Positions 1-7,957 of a DNA stretch of 32,000 nucleotides are shown here, in pieces. The DNA lies in NCBI GenBank assembly GCA_016196885.1, contig JACPWU010000056.1, positions 30,001 to 62,000 on the forward strand, written 5' to 3'. The notes under the pieces were generated by a model. The model was not told the origin of the DNA, did no database searches, and worked only from the letters and a program-made list of their open reading frames with translations. The position numbers and the translations under genes are program-made. How positions within the stretch are numbered: position 1 is the stretch's first letter; each line of letters opens with the position of its first letter. The DNA comes from Chlamydiota bacterium. Its GTDB lineage: Bacteria > Auribacterota > JACPWU01.

Positions 1-701
1 ATTTAGAGGGTCTTTTGAAATTACCCGGAAAAACTTTTCGCTGGTCTGGATCTTATGAAAATCCCAATGAGGCCATCACCCATGACACGCAGCTCAATGT
101 GTTTGGCGAATTTGATCCTCGGCTTCCGGAGCATTATCGAAAAACGCCCTATGTTTTCTTGGCTAACATTCATCCAGCTCTTCAGGAAAGAGTTCTCTCT
201 CAGTTGGAAGGAAAGCCTCTGATTGCTTGCGACACCATGAATCATTGGATCAGCTCTCATCGAAAAGAATTGATCGCCCTTTATAAAAATGTCCACATTG
301 TTTTCTTGAATGAAGGAGAGGCGAAGCTTCTGACCGGGGAAAAGCTCCTCGTCAGGGCGGCCCGGCAAATTTATTCAACGGGTCCTCAATGGGTGATTAT
401 TAAAAAGGGAGAGCATGGGGTCTTGGGCTTTGACGGAAAGGATTTCATAACGTTACCTGGTTTTCCAACGGAACAAGTGGTAGATACCACAGGGGCAGGC
501 GACAGCTTTGCAGGGGCCTTCATGGGATATCTTGCGAAGAAGGGCGGGCTCAAAAAGAATATCATTCAAGAGGCCTTGGCCTACGCGACAGTGGTTGCCT
601 CATTCACCGTCGAGGGCTTCAGCATTCAAGGCCTCAAAAAAATGACTTGTTCAGCGCTTGAGAAGAGATATCAGAAATTTTTAAAAATGGCAGGTGTCTA
701 A
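1..701 (+). CDS. PfkB-family (ribokinase-like) carbohydrate kinase, 5' end outside window
   Basis: The frame is open back to the window edge, with no in-frame stop upstream of the TTG at 15. It has the PfkB C-terminal signature DTTGAGDSFAGAF. The visible 228 aa is short for this family. Confidence 0.8.
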   Translation, partial: LEGLLKLPGKTFRWSGSYENPNEAITHDTQLNVFGEFDPRLPEHYRKTPYVFLANIHPALQERVLSQLEGKPLIACDTMNHWISSHRKELIALYKNVHIVFLNEGEAKLLTGEKLLVRAARQIYSTGPQWVIIKKGEHGVLGFDGKDFITLPGFPTEQVVDTTGAGDSFAGAFMGYLAKKGGLKKNIIQEALAYATVVASFTVEGFSIQGLKKMTCSALEKRYQKFLKMAGV

Positions 702-708
702 AATTAAT

Positions 709-736
709 CGGATTTCGGATTTAGAGTTTTGGATTT
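709..736 (+). repeat. Degenerate heptanucleotide tandem repeat, 4 units (cggattt cggattt agagttt tggattt)
   Basis: Read directly from the sequence. It lies between the kinase stop and tRNA-Gly. Confidence 0.6.
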
Positions 737-746
737 ATTTTTTAAA

Positions 747-818
747 GCGGGTGTAATTCAGCGGTAGAATGCAAGCTTCCCAAGCTTGACGTCGTGGGTT
801 CGACTCCCATCACCCGCT
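747..818 (+). tRNA. tRNA-Gly (anticodon CCC)
   Basis: Manual cloverleaf. Acceptor GCGGGTG/CACCCGC, D stem ATTC/GAAT, anticodon stem CAAGC/GCTTG with loop TTCCCAA, T stem GTGGG/CCCAT with loop TTCGACT, discriminator T. No encoded CCA. Confidence 0.9.
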
Positions 819-829
819 TAATAAATGTA

Positions 830-864
830 GTGAGGGGTGAGTGGTTCATGGTGTGTAGTGTAAA
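830..864 (+). repeat. Degenerate heptanucleotide tandem repeat, 5 units (gtgaggg gtgagtg gttcatg gtgtgta gtgtaaa)
   Basis: Read directly. The first 16 nt (GTGAGGGGTGAGTGGT) recur exactly at 7033-7048. Confidence 0.6.
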
Positions 865-893
865 GACTCACCAAGCTCTCTTCTCCTTTTGGC

Positions 894-922
894 TTGTTTC
901 GAAGACTCCTATGTGATATATA
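894..922 (+). promoter_or_regulatory. Candidate sigma70 promoter for ispG (TTGTTT-N17-TATATA)
   Basis: Hexamers found by eye with 17-nt spacing, about 60 nt upstream of the ispG ATG. The match is weak. Confidence 0.25.
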
Positions 923-983
923 TAAGCTATATTTTGGTGCTTCTTTATTCTCTAATCACTTAATACAGAAATAGTTACAATTT

Positions 984-2108
984 ATGGGCTCTAAAACAAG
1001 AAAAGTTTGGGTGAAGGATTTGCAAATCGGGGGAGAAGCGCCCATTTCGGTGCAAAGCATGTGCGCTACTCGTACCCGAGACATTGATGCCACTTTGGGT
1101 CAGATAGCGCTTTTGGAAAAGGCAGGCGCAGATCTGATTCGTATCGCTGTAGACAATGTGATGGATGTTGAGGCCTTGGCTGAGATTCGCAAGTCCACAA
1201 AAGCAAGGCTCGTGGTAGACCTTCAAGAAAATTTTCGTCTGGCCGATAAAGTGGCTCCTCATGTCGATAAAATGAGATACAACCCTGGGCATTTGCATCA
1301 TTTGGATCCAGAAATTCCTATTCAGCAAAAAGTAGAGTGGCTGGTGAATGTTGCTAAGAAAAATGGATCGGCTTTAAGAGTGGGTGTGAATTGCGGATCT
1401 GTCGCTCCCGATTTTCTGGAACGCTATGCGAAAGATCATGTGAATGCGATCGTTGAAAGTGCCGTATGGCATTGTAGTCTTTTGGACAAGCTCAATTTCA
1501 CAAATTACGTGGTTAGTCTGAAGGATTCAGATCCTCGAAAAGTCGTTGAATGTAACAAGAGATTTTCCCAGAGGCGTCCCGATGTGCCCATTCATTTAGG
1601 CGTTACAGAGGCAGGCCTTCTTCCCGATGGAATCATTAAAACAAGAGTTGCCTTTGAACAACTGATTCCTCGAGGAATAGGGGATACATTAAGAGTTTCT
1701 CTCACCGTTGCCTTTCATGAAAAAGATGAGGAAATTAAAGCCGGGCGCCAAATTCTAAAAGACATTGCGGAGGGAAAATTTATTTCGGTTCCTGATTTTG
1801 GAAAAGGCCTTAATATTATTTCTTGCCCTTCTTGCTCCCGAGTTGAAAACACGGCCTTTGTTGAATTGGCCCAAGAGGTAAAGCGGATGTCTTCGGATGC
1901 CAAAGGGCATGACATTGTCATTGCTGTCATGGGATGCCGAGTCAATGGACCTGGGGAGACAGACGATGCAGATCTGGGCCTTTGGTGCGGTCCCTCCAGT
2001 GTCACCTTGAAACGTAAATCTGAAACCTTGGGTGCCTACAAGTACGACGAGGTGCTTTCAAAGCTTAGGGTTGAATTGGATGAACTCATTGCACATAAAG
2101 TAAGTTAG
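984..2108 (+). CDS. ispG: 4-hydroxy-3-methylbut-2-en-1-yl diphosphate synthase (MEP pathway)
   Basis: The N-terminus ([26 protein letters not shown]) is typical of GcpE/IspG. C-terminal Fe-S cysteines are present ([17 protein letters not shown]). Confidence 0.93.
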   Translation: MGSKTRKVWVKDLQIGGEAPISVQSMCATRTRDIDATLGQIALLEKAGADLIRIAVDNVMDVEALAEIRKSTKARLVVDLQENFRLADKVAPHVDKMRYNPGHLHHLDPEIPIQQKVEWLVNVAKKNGSALRVGVNCGSVAPDFLERYAKDHVNAIVESAVWHCSLLDKLNFTNYVVSLKDSDPRKVVECNKRFSQRRPDVPIHLGVTEAGLLPDGIIKTRVAFEQLIPRGIGDTLRVSLTVAFHEKDEEIKAGRQILKDIAEGKFISVPDFGKGLNIISCPSCSRVENTAFVELAQEVKRMSSDAKGHDIVIAVMGCRVNGPGETDDADLGLWCGPSSVTLKRKSETLGAYKYDEVLSKLRVELDELIAHKVS

Positions 2109-2171
2109 CAATACAAGCGCGCCTATTCGTGTGTCATTTTGCTCTAAAGACCTGATAATTTAAACTGACTT

Positions 2172-3014
2172 GTGCGAGCCATTACCCTTTTTACGCGCTT
2201 AACGTTTAAGGAAATTCTTCGAAGCCGCACTTATGGCTTCCTCCTTCTTTTTTCTCTTCTTTCCAGTGCCTCAGGACAATTGTTTCTTAATTTCACACTT
2301 CAAGAGCAGGAAAAGTTTTTAAAAGACATTGGGATGGCTTCCGTCACATTTTTTAGTATACTCTTGAGCGTGATTCTAGGTTCCACTCAAATCTACAATG
2401 ATTTTGAAAATAAACAAATCTACTCTCTCTTGATCAATCCACTTCGTTTGTATGAATATTTGGTTGGGCGATTTTTAGGGTTTATCTTTTTAATTGCCTT
2501 GGCCATGGGGCTGATGGGTCTTGTCCTTTACGCAAGTTTGATCGTTCAAAATCTTCTCTTTCAAATGAATAATATTTCTTTAGAAATAGATATAAGACAA
2601 GCTTTTTTTTTCTCAATTCAAAAAGGGCTTCTTGCAAATCTCCCTTTGTTAAAAGGGTTTGCAGCACTTTTTTTTCAAAGCATTCTCTTATGTTCTGTCG
2701 CACTTCTCCTTTCGTGTTTTGTGTCTCAGTCTTTTGCTGTGATTGCCTCTTTTTTAATTTTACTTGCCGGACATCTCGTAAATTTAGTTATTCCCCTTTC
2801 TTTTCAATATCATAAAATGTTGGGTCATCTCATGACGTTTCTTCTGCTTTGGATGCCCAATTTTGAAAATTTTAACATCACCGATTCGGTTGTCCTGGGA
2901 CAGAATATACCCCCTGTCTACTTTCTTTGGCTTTCTTTGTATACGGTTCTAGGCGTTTCGTTATTTCTTTTCATTTCTCATCGAGTTCTTTTTCAAAAGA
3001 CAGGAGAATTATAA
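2172..3014 (+). CDS. ABC-2 type transporter permease (polytopic membrane protein)
   Basis: GTG start. Multiple hydrophobic helices. The ATPase gene starts immediately after its stop codon. Confidence 0.7.
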   Translation: MRAITLFTRLTFKEILRSRTYGFLLLFSLLSSASGQLFLNFTLQEQEKFLKDIGMASVTFFSILLSVILGSTQIYNDFENKQIYSLLINPLRLYEYLVGRFLGFIFLIALAMGLMGLVLYASLIVQNLLFQMNNISLEIDIRQAFFFSIQKGLLANLPLLKGFAALFFQSILLCSVALLLSCFVSQSFAVIASFLILLAGHLVNLVIPLSFQYHKMLGHLMTFLLLWMPNFENFNITDSVVLGQNIPPVYFLWLSLYTVLGVSLFLFISHRVLFQKTGEL

Positions 3015-3857
3015 ATGGATTTTATTCTCGAGGCGCAAGATCTCTTAAAAATTTATCGCTCTTCCTGGACTCGTCAGAAAACGACGGCGCTGGATCACTT
3101 AAGCCTAAAGGTTGAAAGAGGACAAATCTTTGGTCTCTTGGGCCCCAACGGTTCCGGAAAAACAACAGCTTTAAAGGCCTTCTTGGGAATGATTCGTTTG
3201 AATCATGGGGAAGTGAAATTGATGGGGGAGAGTCCTCATCAAATGAGCGTAAAATCAAAAATTGGCTTTTTGCCTGAGGAGTCTTATCTGTATAAATTTT
3301 TGAGCGCCCAAGAGAGCTTGGAGTTTTTTGGCCGGCTGGCCAAACTTGATTCAAAAACGCTTCCTCACAAAATTGACACCGTCCTTGAAAAGGTAGGCTT
3401 GTTAGAGTCTCGAAAACGCTTGGTTAAGCATTTCTCAAAAGGCATGTTGAGAAGGCTGGGACTTGCCTTTATTCTTTTGAAAGATCCGGAACTGATTTTT
3501 CTGGATGAACCCACAGTCGGCCTAGATCCCATCGGGGCCTTTAAGATTCGGCAAATGATGATTGACTTGAAGACCCAAGGCAAAACCATTGTCATGTGTA
3601 GCCATCTTCTGGGTGAAATTGAAAACGTATGTGACAAAGTGGCTATTTTGTATCAAGGGAAAGTTTTAAAAGAGGATACCTTAGAGAAAATTTTATCCAT
3701 CCCTGAGAAAATTCAAATCATTCTTCAAAATCAATCTCAAAATATGGGCTCTCTTCAGAAACTTTTAAAAGATTCCCACATCGAAATCGAATCCATCGGA
3801 AACCCTCGAAAATCGCTGGAAAAGGCTTTTATGGAAATTATTCATTTGTCATCCTGA
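3015..3857 (+). CDS. ABC transporter ATP-binding protein
   Basis: Walker A GPNGSGKTT, ABC signature-like FSKGMLRR, Walker B LIFLDEPTVGLD, H-loop CSHLL. Confidence 0.92.
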   Translation: MDFILEAQDLLKIYRSSWTRQKTTALDHLSLKVERGQIFGLLGPNGSGKTTALKAFLGMIRLNHGEVKLMGESPHQMSVKSKIGFLPEESYLYKFLSAQESLEFFGRLAKLDSKTLPHKIDTVLEKVGLLESRKRLVKHFSKGMLRRLGLAFILLKDPELIFLDEPTVGLDPIGAFKIRQMMIDLKTQGKTIVMCSHLLGEIENVCDKVAILYQGKVLKEDTLEKILSIPEKIQIILQNQSQNMGSLQKLLKDSHIEIESIGNPRKSLEKAFMEIIHLSS

Positions 3858-3875
3858 GAGAACCCAGTCCTTTGT

Positions 3876-3896
3876 TAATGATGAAATGAGAAATGA
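3876..3896 (+). repeat. Heptanucleotide tandem repeat, 3 units (taatgat gaaatga gaaatga)
   Basis: Read directly in the spacer between the ABC ATPase and the second permease. Confidence 0.4.
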
Positions 3897-3909
3897 CGTG
3901 TAAGGTCAA

Positions 3910-4680
3910 ATGGACAAAATCTCACAAATCTGTGCCATTGCTGTTCAAACACTTAAAGAAGATTTGCGCCGGAAAACTATTTTTATTTTATTTCTCTTTC
4001 CTCCCATTTTGAGTTATGCAGCGACCGTGTTTACTTCCTTCATGCCTGGATCCGAAAAGGAATTTTTGACAGACATTGCATTAAGTTCCGTTTCTCTTTT
4101 TACCTTGTTAATGACCGCCTTCATGACCTCGGACCTCTTTTTAAAGGAGGTGGACCGAGGAACCCTTTATTTTTTTACCTCTAATCCTGTTCAAGTGTCC
4201 GCATTAATCCTTGGAAAGTGGCTTGGATGTTTCTTGATTTTAATATTAGCAACTCTTGGAATGAGTATTTTTATGCTGATTCTTTTTTACCTTAAATTTC
4301 ATTTTTTCTATTCTGATTTTTTAAAGGCGAGTCTACTTCTTTTAGGTCAAATGTCCATTTTGACGGCCATGGGCGTCTGGGGATCTACTTTTCTGTCAAA
4401 GTTTACGAACCTCTCCAGTCTTCTTCTCATCTATACCTTAGGACATTTAGGGGATTATGCAGAATATTTTAAGGTCCATCAAGATCATGGCGTAGGGTTG
4501 TTCAAATGGCTTTTGAGATGGATCCCTGATTTCTCAAAATTCGAATTCAGAAATTGGCTGATCCTAGGGGTTCACTTAAATATCTTAAGCCTAGCCAAGG
4601 CGTATCTTTACGCATTTTTCTTCTCAGGTTTACTTCTTTTCCTCGGCGCATGCATTTTAAAGAAGAGATTCTTCCGATGA
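3910..4680 (+). CDS. ABC-2 type transporter permease, second subunit
   Basis: Polytopic hydrophobic protein in the same operon. Its stop overlaps the next start (ATGA at 4677-4680). Confidence 0.65.
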   Translation: MDKISQICAIAVQTLKEDLRRKTIFILFLFPPILSYAATVFTSFMPGSEKEFLTDIALSSVSLFTLLMTAFMTSDLFLKEVDRGTLYFFTSNPVQVSALILGKWLGCFLILILATLGMSIFMLILFYLKFHFFYSDFLKASLLLLGQMSILTAMGVWGSTFLSKFTNLSSLLLIYTLGHLGDYAEYFKVHQDHGVGLFKWLLRWIPDFSKFEFRNWLILGVHLNILSLAKAYLYAFFFSGLLLFLGACILKKRFFR

Positions 4681-5375
4681 AAAAAATTTATTTCTTGTGC
4701 TCTCTATTTTTGATTTTTAATATGCAAATCAGAGTTCAAAGTCATTTGGACGACATCAAGGCTGAACATGAAAGTCTTCGTTCTACTTATCTTTTTCAGC
4801 CCACGGAAGTGTTGAATACACTCATCGCTGGCGGATTTCGCGGGGTTGCGGTGGATTTGCTTTGGGTGAGATTGGATGATTACAGCCATGAAGGTCAATG
4901 GTATAAACTTTTACCGATTTTCAAAACAGTGACATTTCTTCAGCCTAATTTTATCGTGGGCTGGAGTGTCGGCGGCTGGCACATGGCTTTTAATCTTTAT
5001 TATCAGGCAAAGAAGCCGGAAGAAAAAAGAGAATGGCTCAAGAAGGGATTGAATTTCTTAAAAGAGGGATTGATTCATAACTCCCGCCAGTATGAACTTT
5101 ATTTCGAGTTGGGATGGACTTATTTTTTTAAGGCGAAAGATTATCCGAACGCCATTCGCTATTTAAAACACGGCGCTCAATTTCCCCATCCTCAATTTGT
5201 GGACCATGTCTTGGCCCATGCCTATGAAATGAACCATCAGTTAAGGGAGGCCCTCACCCTATGGGAAAATCTTCAAAAAAGTCCGACACACGCCAAAAGG
5301 ATGGAACCTGTTGTCAACAGGCAAGTTATAAAACTAAGAAAGGAATTATCCTCTGGAAGCAAGGATTTTCCTTGA
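4677..5375 (+). CDS. Hypothetical signal-anchored helical-repeat (TPR-like) protein
   Basis: I placed the start at MKKIYFLCSLFLIF, which has an ATGA overlap with the upstream permease. The 4554 extension lies inside that permease. The protein has an N-terminal hydrophobic segment followed by helical repeats. The GGFRGVAVDLLWVRLDD segment is distinctive. I do not recognise the family. Confidence 0.55.
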   Translation: MKKIYFLCSLFLIFNMQIRVQSHLDDIKAEHESLRSTYLFQPTEVLNTLIAGGFRGVAVDLLWVRLDDYSHEGQWYKLLPIFKTVTFLQPNFIVGWSVGGWHMAFNLYYQAKKPEEKREWLKKGLNFLKEGLIHNSRQYELYFELGWTYFFKAKDYPNAIRYLKHGAQFPHPQFVDHVLAHAYEMNHQLREALTLWENLQKSPTHAKRMEPVVNRQVIKLRKELSSGSKDFP

Positions 5376-5428
5376 TTACAGGAATGGGATACCCTAGAAT
5401 CCTCTTTGCAATAGGGGGATAGAAGGGG

Positions 5429-5800
5429 ATGAAAACCGATATTTTGAATCTCGTCGAATTGCAAAAATTAGATCGTGAAATTTCCTCTGTTTTGAAAAAC
5501 GCCTTTGAAGTAGAAAAAAAATCCAAGGAAAAGACCCTCCTTCGAAAACTGAATGGGATGCGAAAAACCCGTTTAGATCTTGTACAGACCCTTGATACGC
5601 TTATTGCAAAAAGATACGAAAAACTTCGCGGCCATAAGGGTGAGTCTACGGCCGTCGTCCCCGTCATCAAGGGCATTTGCCAGGGCTGCTTTATCGGTGT
5701 TTCCACTGCTACCTACGCCGAGATTCAAAGAAAAGACGTCGCCGCTACCTGTGACCATTGTGGCCGATTTATTTATTATTCTGAATTTTCCGCTTCTTAA
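5429..5800 (+). CDS. Zinc-ribbon domain protein (short, COG1579-like)
   Basis: A coiled-coil-like N-terminal part is followed by CQGC...N21...CDHC, a C4 zinc ribbon. Confidence 0.6.
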   Translation: MKTDILNLVELQKLDREISSVLKNAFEVEKKSKEKTLLRKLNGMRKTRLDLVQTLDTLIAKRYEKLRGHKGESTAVVPVIKGICQGCFIGVSTATYAEIQRKDVAATCDHCGRFIYYSEFSAS

Positions 5801-5860
5801 AACCCGCTTATTTTAAATTCCTTTTTTTCTTCTTCAATGAAATAAGTTTCCCTCCTTTTT

Positions 5861-5869
5861 TGTTATAAT
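5861..5869 (+). promoter_or_regulatory. Candidate extended -10 promoter element TGTTATAAT for the moxR/bat operon
   Basis: Perfect TGn-TATAAT about 135 nt upstream of the moxR ATG. There is no good -35. Confidence 0.35.
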
Positions 5870-5899
5870 AAGCAAAAATAATGAATTAACTCCCCCAGG

Positions 5900-5971
5900 C
5901 CCTCTTATGCAAGAGGGGAGCCCTCCTCTTTTGAGTAGGGGAGGTTTTGCTCTCCCCTTAGTTAAGGGGAG
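5900..5971 (+). repeat. Three tandem C-tract/G-tract hairpins in the moxR leader
   Basis: Hairpins at 5900-5917 (ccctctt/aagaggg), 5922-5944 (cctcctc/ggggagg, one G-U) and 5952-5971 (ctcccctta/taaggggag). The region shares exact k-mers with other spacers: gtaggggaggt with 16581-16591, taactcccc with 16623-16631, actcccccag with 28872-28881. Confidence 0.6.
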
Positions 5972-6002
5972 GTGGAGGGGTTATTTTTTAAGGAGATGAC
6001 TC

Positions 6003-6992
6003 ATGAATTTTAACATCAAAGAAATCAATGAAAAGGTTCAGAGAGAAAGTCTATTTGTTAAACAAATTATTGCAGAAATAGGGAAGGTCATTGTCGGTCA
6101 AGAATATTTGGTGGAGCGCCTCATCACTGCACTTTTGGCCGATGGACATATTCTGATTGAAGGGGTTCCAGGTCTTGCCAAAACCTTATCCGTTAAAACC
6201 TTATCCGATTGTATGGAGGCAAAGTTTCAAAGAATTCAGTTTACCCCCGATTTACTTCCAGCCGATCTTTTGGGAACCTTAATTTACGATCCTAAAACAT
6301 CTGGATTTATAACCAAGAAGGGACCTATTTTTGCTCAACTCATTTTGGCAGATGAAATCAACCGGGCTCCGGCGAAGGTTCAGAGCGCATTGTTAGAGGC
6401 AATGCAGGAAAGACAGGTCACGCTGGGTGAAAACACGTACTCCCTTGATAAACCCTTTCTTGTGCTTGCGACACAAAATCCCATCGAGCAAGAGGGAACT
6501 TATCCGCTTCCAGAGGCCCAAGTGGATCGCTTCATGCTAAAGTTAAAATTAAATTATCCGAGCAAAAAAGAGGAGAGAGAAATCTTGGAGCGGATGACCT
6601 CCGGAAAAGAGATCCGAGCCCATCGGGTTGTCTCTCCTCAAGAATTGATTCAGGCCCGGTCTGTGGTTCAAATGGTTTACGTGGATGAGAAAATCAAGAA
6701 TTACATTTTGGATATTGTCTTTGCCACGCGACAGCCAGAAGAGCATAAGCTCGCAGAACTTAAAAATTTGATTGCTTATGGAGCCTCTCCGAGGGCCACG
6801 ATTTATCTTGCTCAAGCGGCAAAATCTTATGCCTTCTTAAAGGGAAGAGGATACGTCACGCCCGATGACATTAAGACCATTGGCCCTGATGTCCTTCGGC
6901 ATCGCATCATAACCACTTTTGAGGCGGAGGCTGAAGAAATTCATTCGGAAGATATTGTGAAAAAAATATTTGAAGAGATTGAAGTTCCTTAA
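6003..6992 (+). CDS. moxR: MoxR-family AAA+ ATPase
   Basis: Walker A GVPGLAKT, Walker B LILADEINRA, and the conserved QNPIEQEGTYPLPEAQVDRF block. RBS AAGGAG 7 nt upstream of the ATG. Confidence 0.93.
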   Translation: MNFNIKEINEKVQRESLFVKQIIAEIGKVIVGQEYLVERLITALLADGHILIEGVPGLAKTLSVKTLSDCMEAKFQRIQFTPDLLPADLLGTLIYDPKTSGFITKKGPIFAQLILADEINRAPAKVQSALLEAMQERQVTLGENTYSLDKPFLVLATQNPIEQEGTYPLPEAQVDRFMLKLKLNYPSKKEEREILERMTSGKEIRAHRVVSPQELIQARSVVQMVYVDEKIKNYILDIVFATRQPEEHKLAELKNLIAYGASPRATIYLAQAAKSYAFLKGRGYVTPDDIKTIGPDVLRHRIITTFEAEAEEIHSEDIVKKIFEEIEVP

Positions 6993-7032
6993 AGACAGCG
7001 GTGAGTCCCACGGGGACTATAACAATCTTGTC

Positions 7033-7053
7033 GTGAGGGGTGAGTGGTGAGTA
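7033..7053 (+). repeat. Heptanucleotide tandem repeat, 3 units (gtgaggg gtgagtg gtgagta)
   Basis: Read directly. Its 16-mer is identical to 830-845, and it supplies the GGTGAG Shine-Dalgarno of the DUF58 gene. Confidence 0.6.
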
Positions 7054-7057
7054 AAAA

Positions 7058-7957
7058 ATGAAAAAGATAAACACTCAAAAAGAATCCATGGAAATCCTTA
7101 AAAAAGTTAGACGCCTGGAGATCAAAACGCGGCGGTTGGTGAATGAAATTTTTTCGGGAGAGTATCACAGTGTTTTTAAAGGACAGGGGATTGAGTTTTC
7201 AGAGGTACGCGAGTATTTTCCGGGAGATGATATTCGCTCCATTGACTGGAATGTAACGGCGAGAATGGGTCATCCCTTTGTCAAAAAATTTTTGGAGGAA
7301 CGGCAGCTCAATATTTTACTGATGGTGGATTTAAGCGGATCTGAATATTTTGGGAGTGGCGACCGTTTTAAAAATGAAGTGGCCGCAGAAATTGCGGCTG
7401 TTCTTGCCTTTTCAGCGATTCGAAACAATGATCGTGTGGGTCTTCTTATCTTTACCGATGAGACCGAAAAGTACCTTCCTCCCAAGAAAGGGAAAATGTA
7501 CGGGATGAGACTCATCCGTGAGATTCTTTTCTACCAACCCCAGAGGCAAAAAACCCAGTTGGGAAAGGCGTTGGAATACGTGGTGAAGGTTCTACCCAAA
7601 CGCTGTGTGGTCTTTTTAATCTCAGATTTTTTAGATCAGAATTTTCAGAAACCCTTACGGATCGCAGCCAAAAAGCATGACCTGATTGCGCTTGAAATTT
7701 ATGACCGCTTTGAAGAAACTCTCCCTTCCCTTGGACTTTTATCACTCGAAGATGCAGAAACGGGAGAGACTTGTCTCGTCAATACAAATCAAAAATCACT
7801 TTTGAATGCGGTCCGAGAAAAAAGAGAGGAAGATCAAAAATCTCTTCGCAAGCTTCTTCAATCTTATCGTATTGATCATGTCAGACTCGAATCTCATACC
7901 CCCTATCAAAAGCCTCTCAATCAGCTTTTTAAATTAAGGGAGAGAAGATGGAGATAG
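7058..7957 (+). CDS. DUF58 domain protein (vWA-like partner of MoxR)
   Basis: FKGQGIEFSEVREYFPGDDIRSIDWNVTAR is the DUF58 hallmark. The gene sits directly after moxR. Confidence 0.88.
   Translation: MKKINTQKESMEILKKVRRLEIKTRRLVNEIFSGEYHSVFKGQGIEFSEVREYFPGDDIRSIDWNVTARMGHPFVKKFLEERQLNILLMVDLSGSEYFGSGDRFKNEVAAEIAAVLAFSAIRNNDRVGLLIFTDETEKYLPPKKGKMYGMRLIREILFYQPQRQKTQLGKALEYVVKVLPKRCVVFLISDFLDQNFQKPLRIAAKKHDLIALEIYDRFEETLPSLGLLSLEDAETGETCLVNTNQKSLLNAVREKREEDQKSLRKLLQSYRIDHVRLESHTPYQKPLNQLFKLRERRWR

Noticed and set aside
702-983. tRNA-Gly as an integration hotspot with an adjacent island
   Set aside because: No integrase, no direct repeat of the tRNA 3' end, and the next gene is housekeeping ispG.
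975-1328. 117-aa antisense ORF over the ispG start, plus similar short antisense ORFs throughout the track (for example 3022-3354, 5326-5706, 29706-30125)
   Set aside because: All lie fully within strongly supported CDSs on the other strand and have no motifs or RBS.
4554-4676. Upstream extensions of ORFs (4554 for the TPR-like gene, 9949 for batB, 14392 for M50, 29100 for gmd, 22807 for pilMN)
   Set aside because: Each extension lies inside the preceding gene or a promoter. Internal ATG starts with an RBS or ATGA overlaps give N-termini typical of the families.
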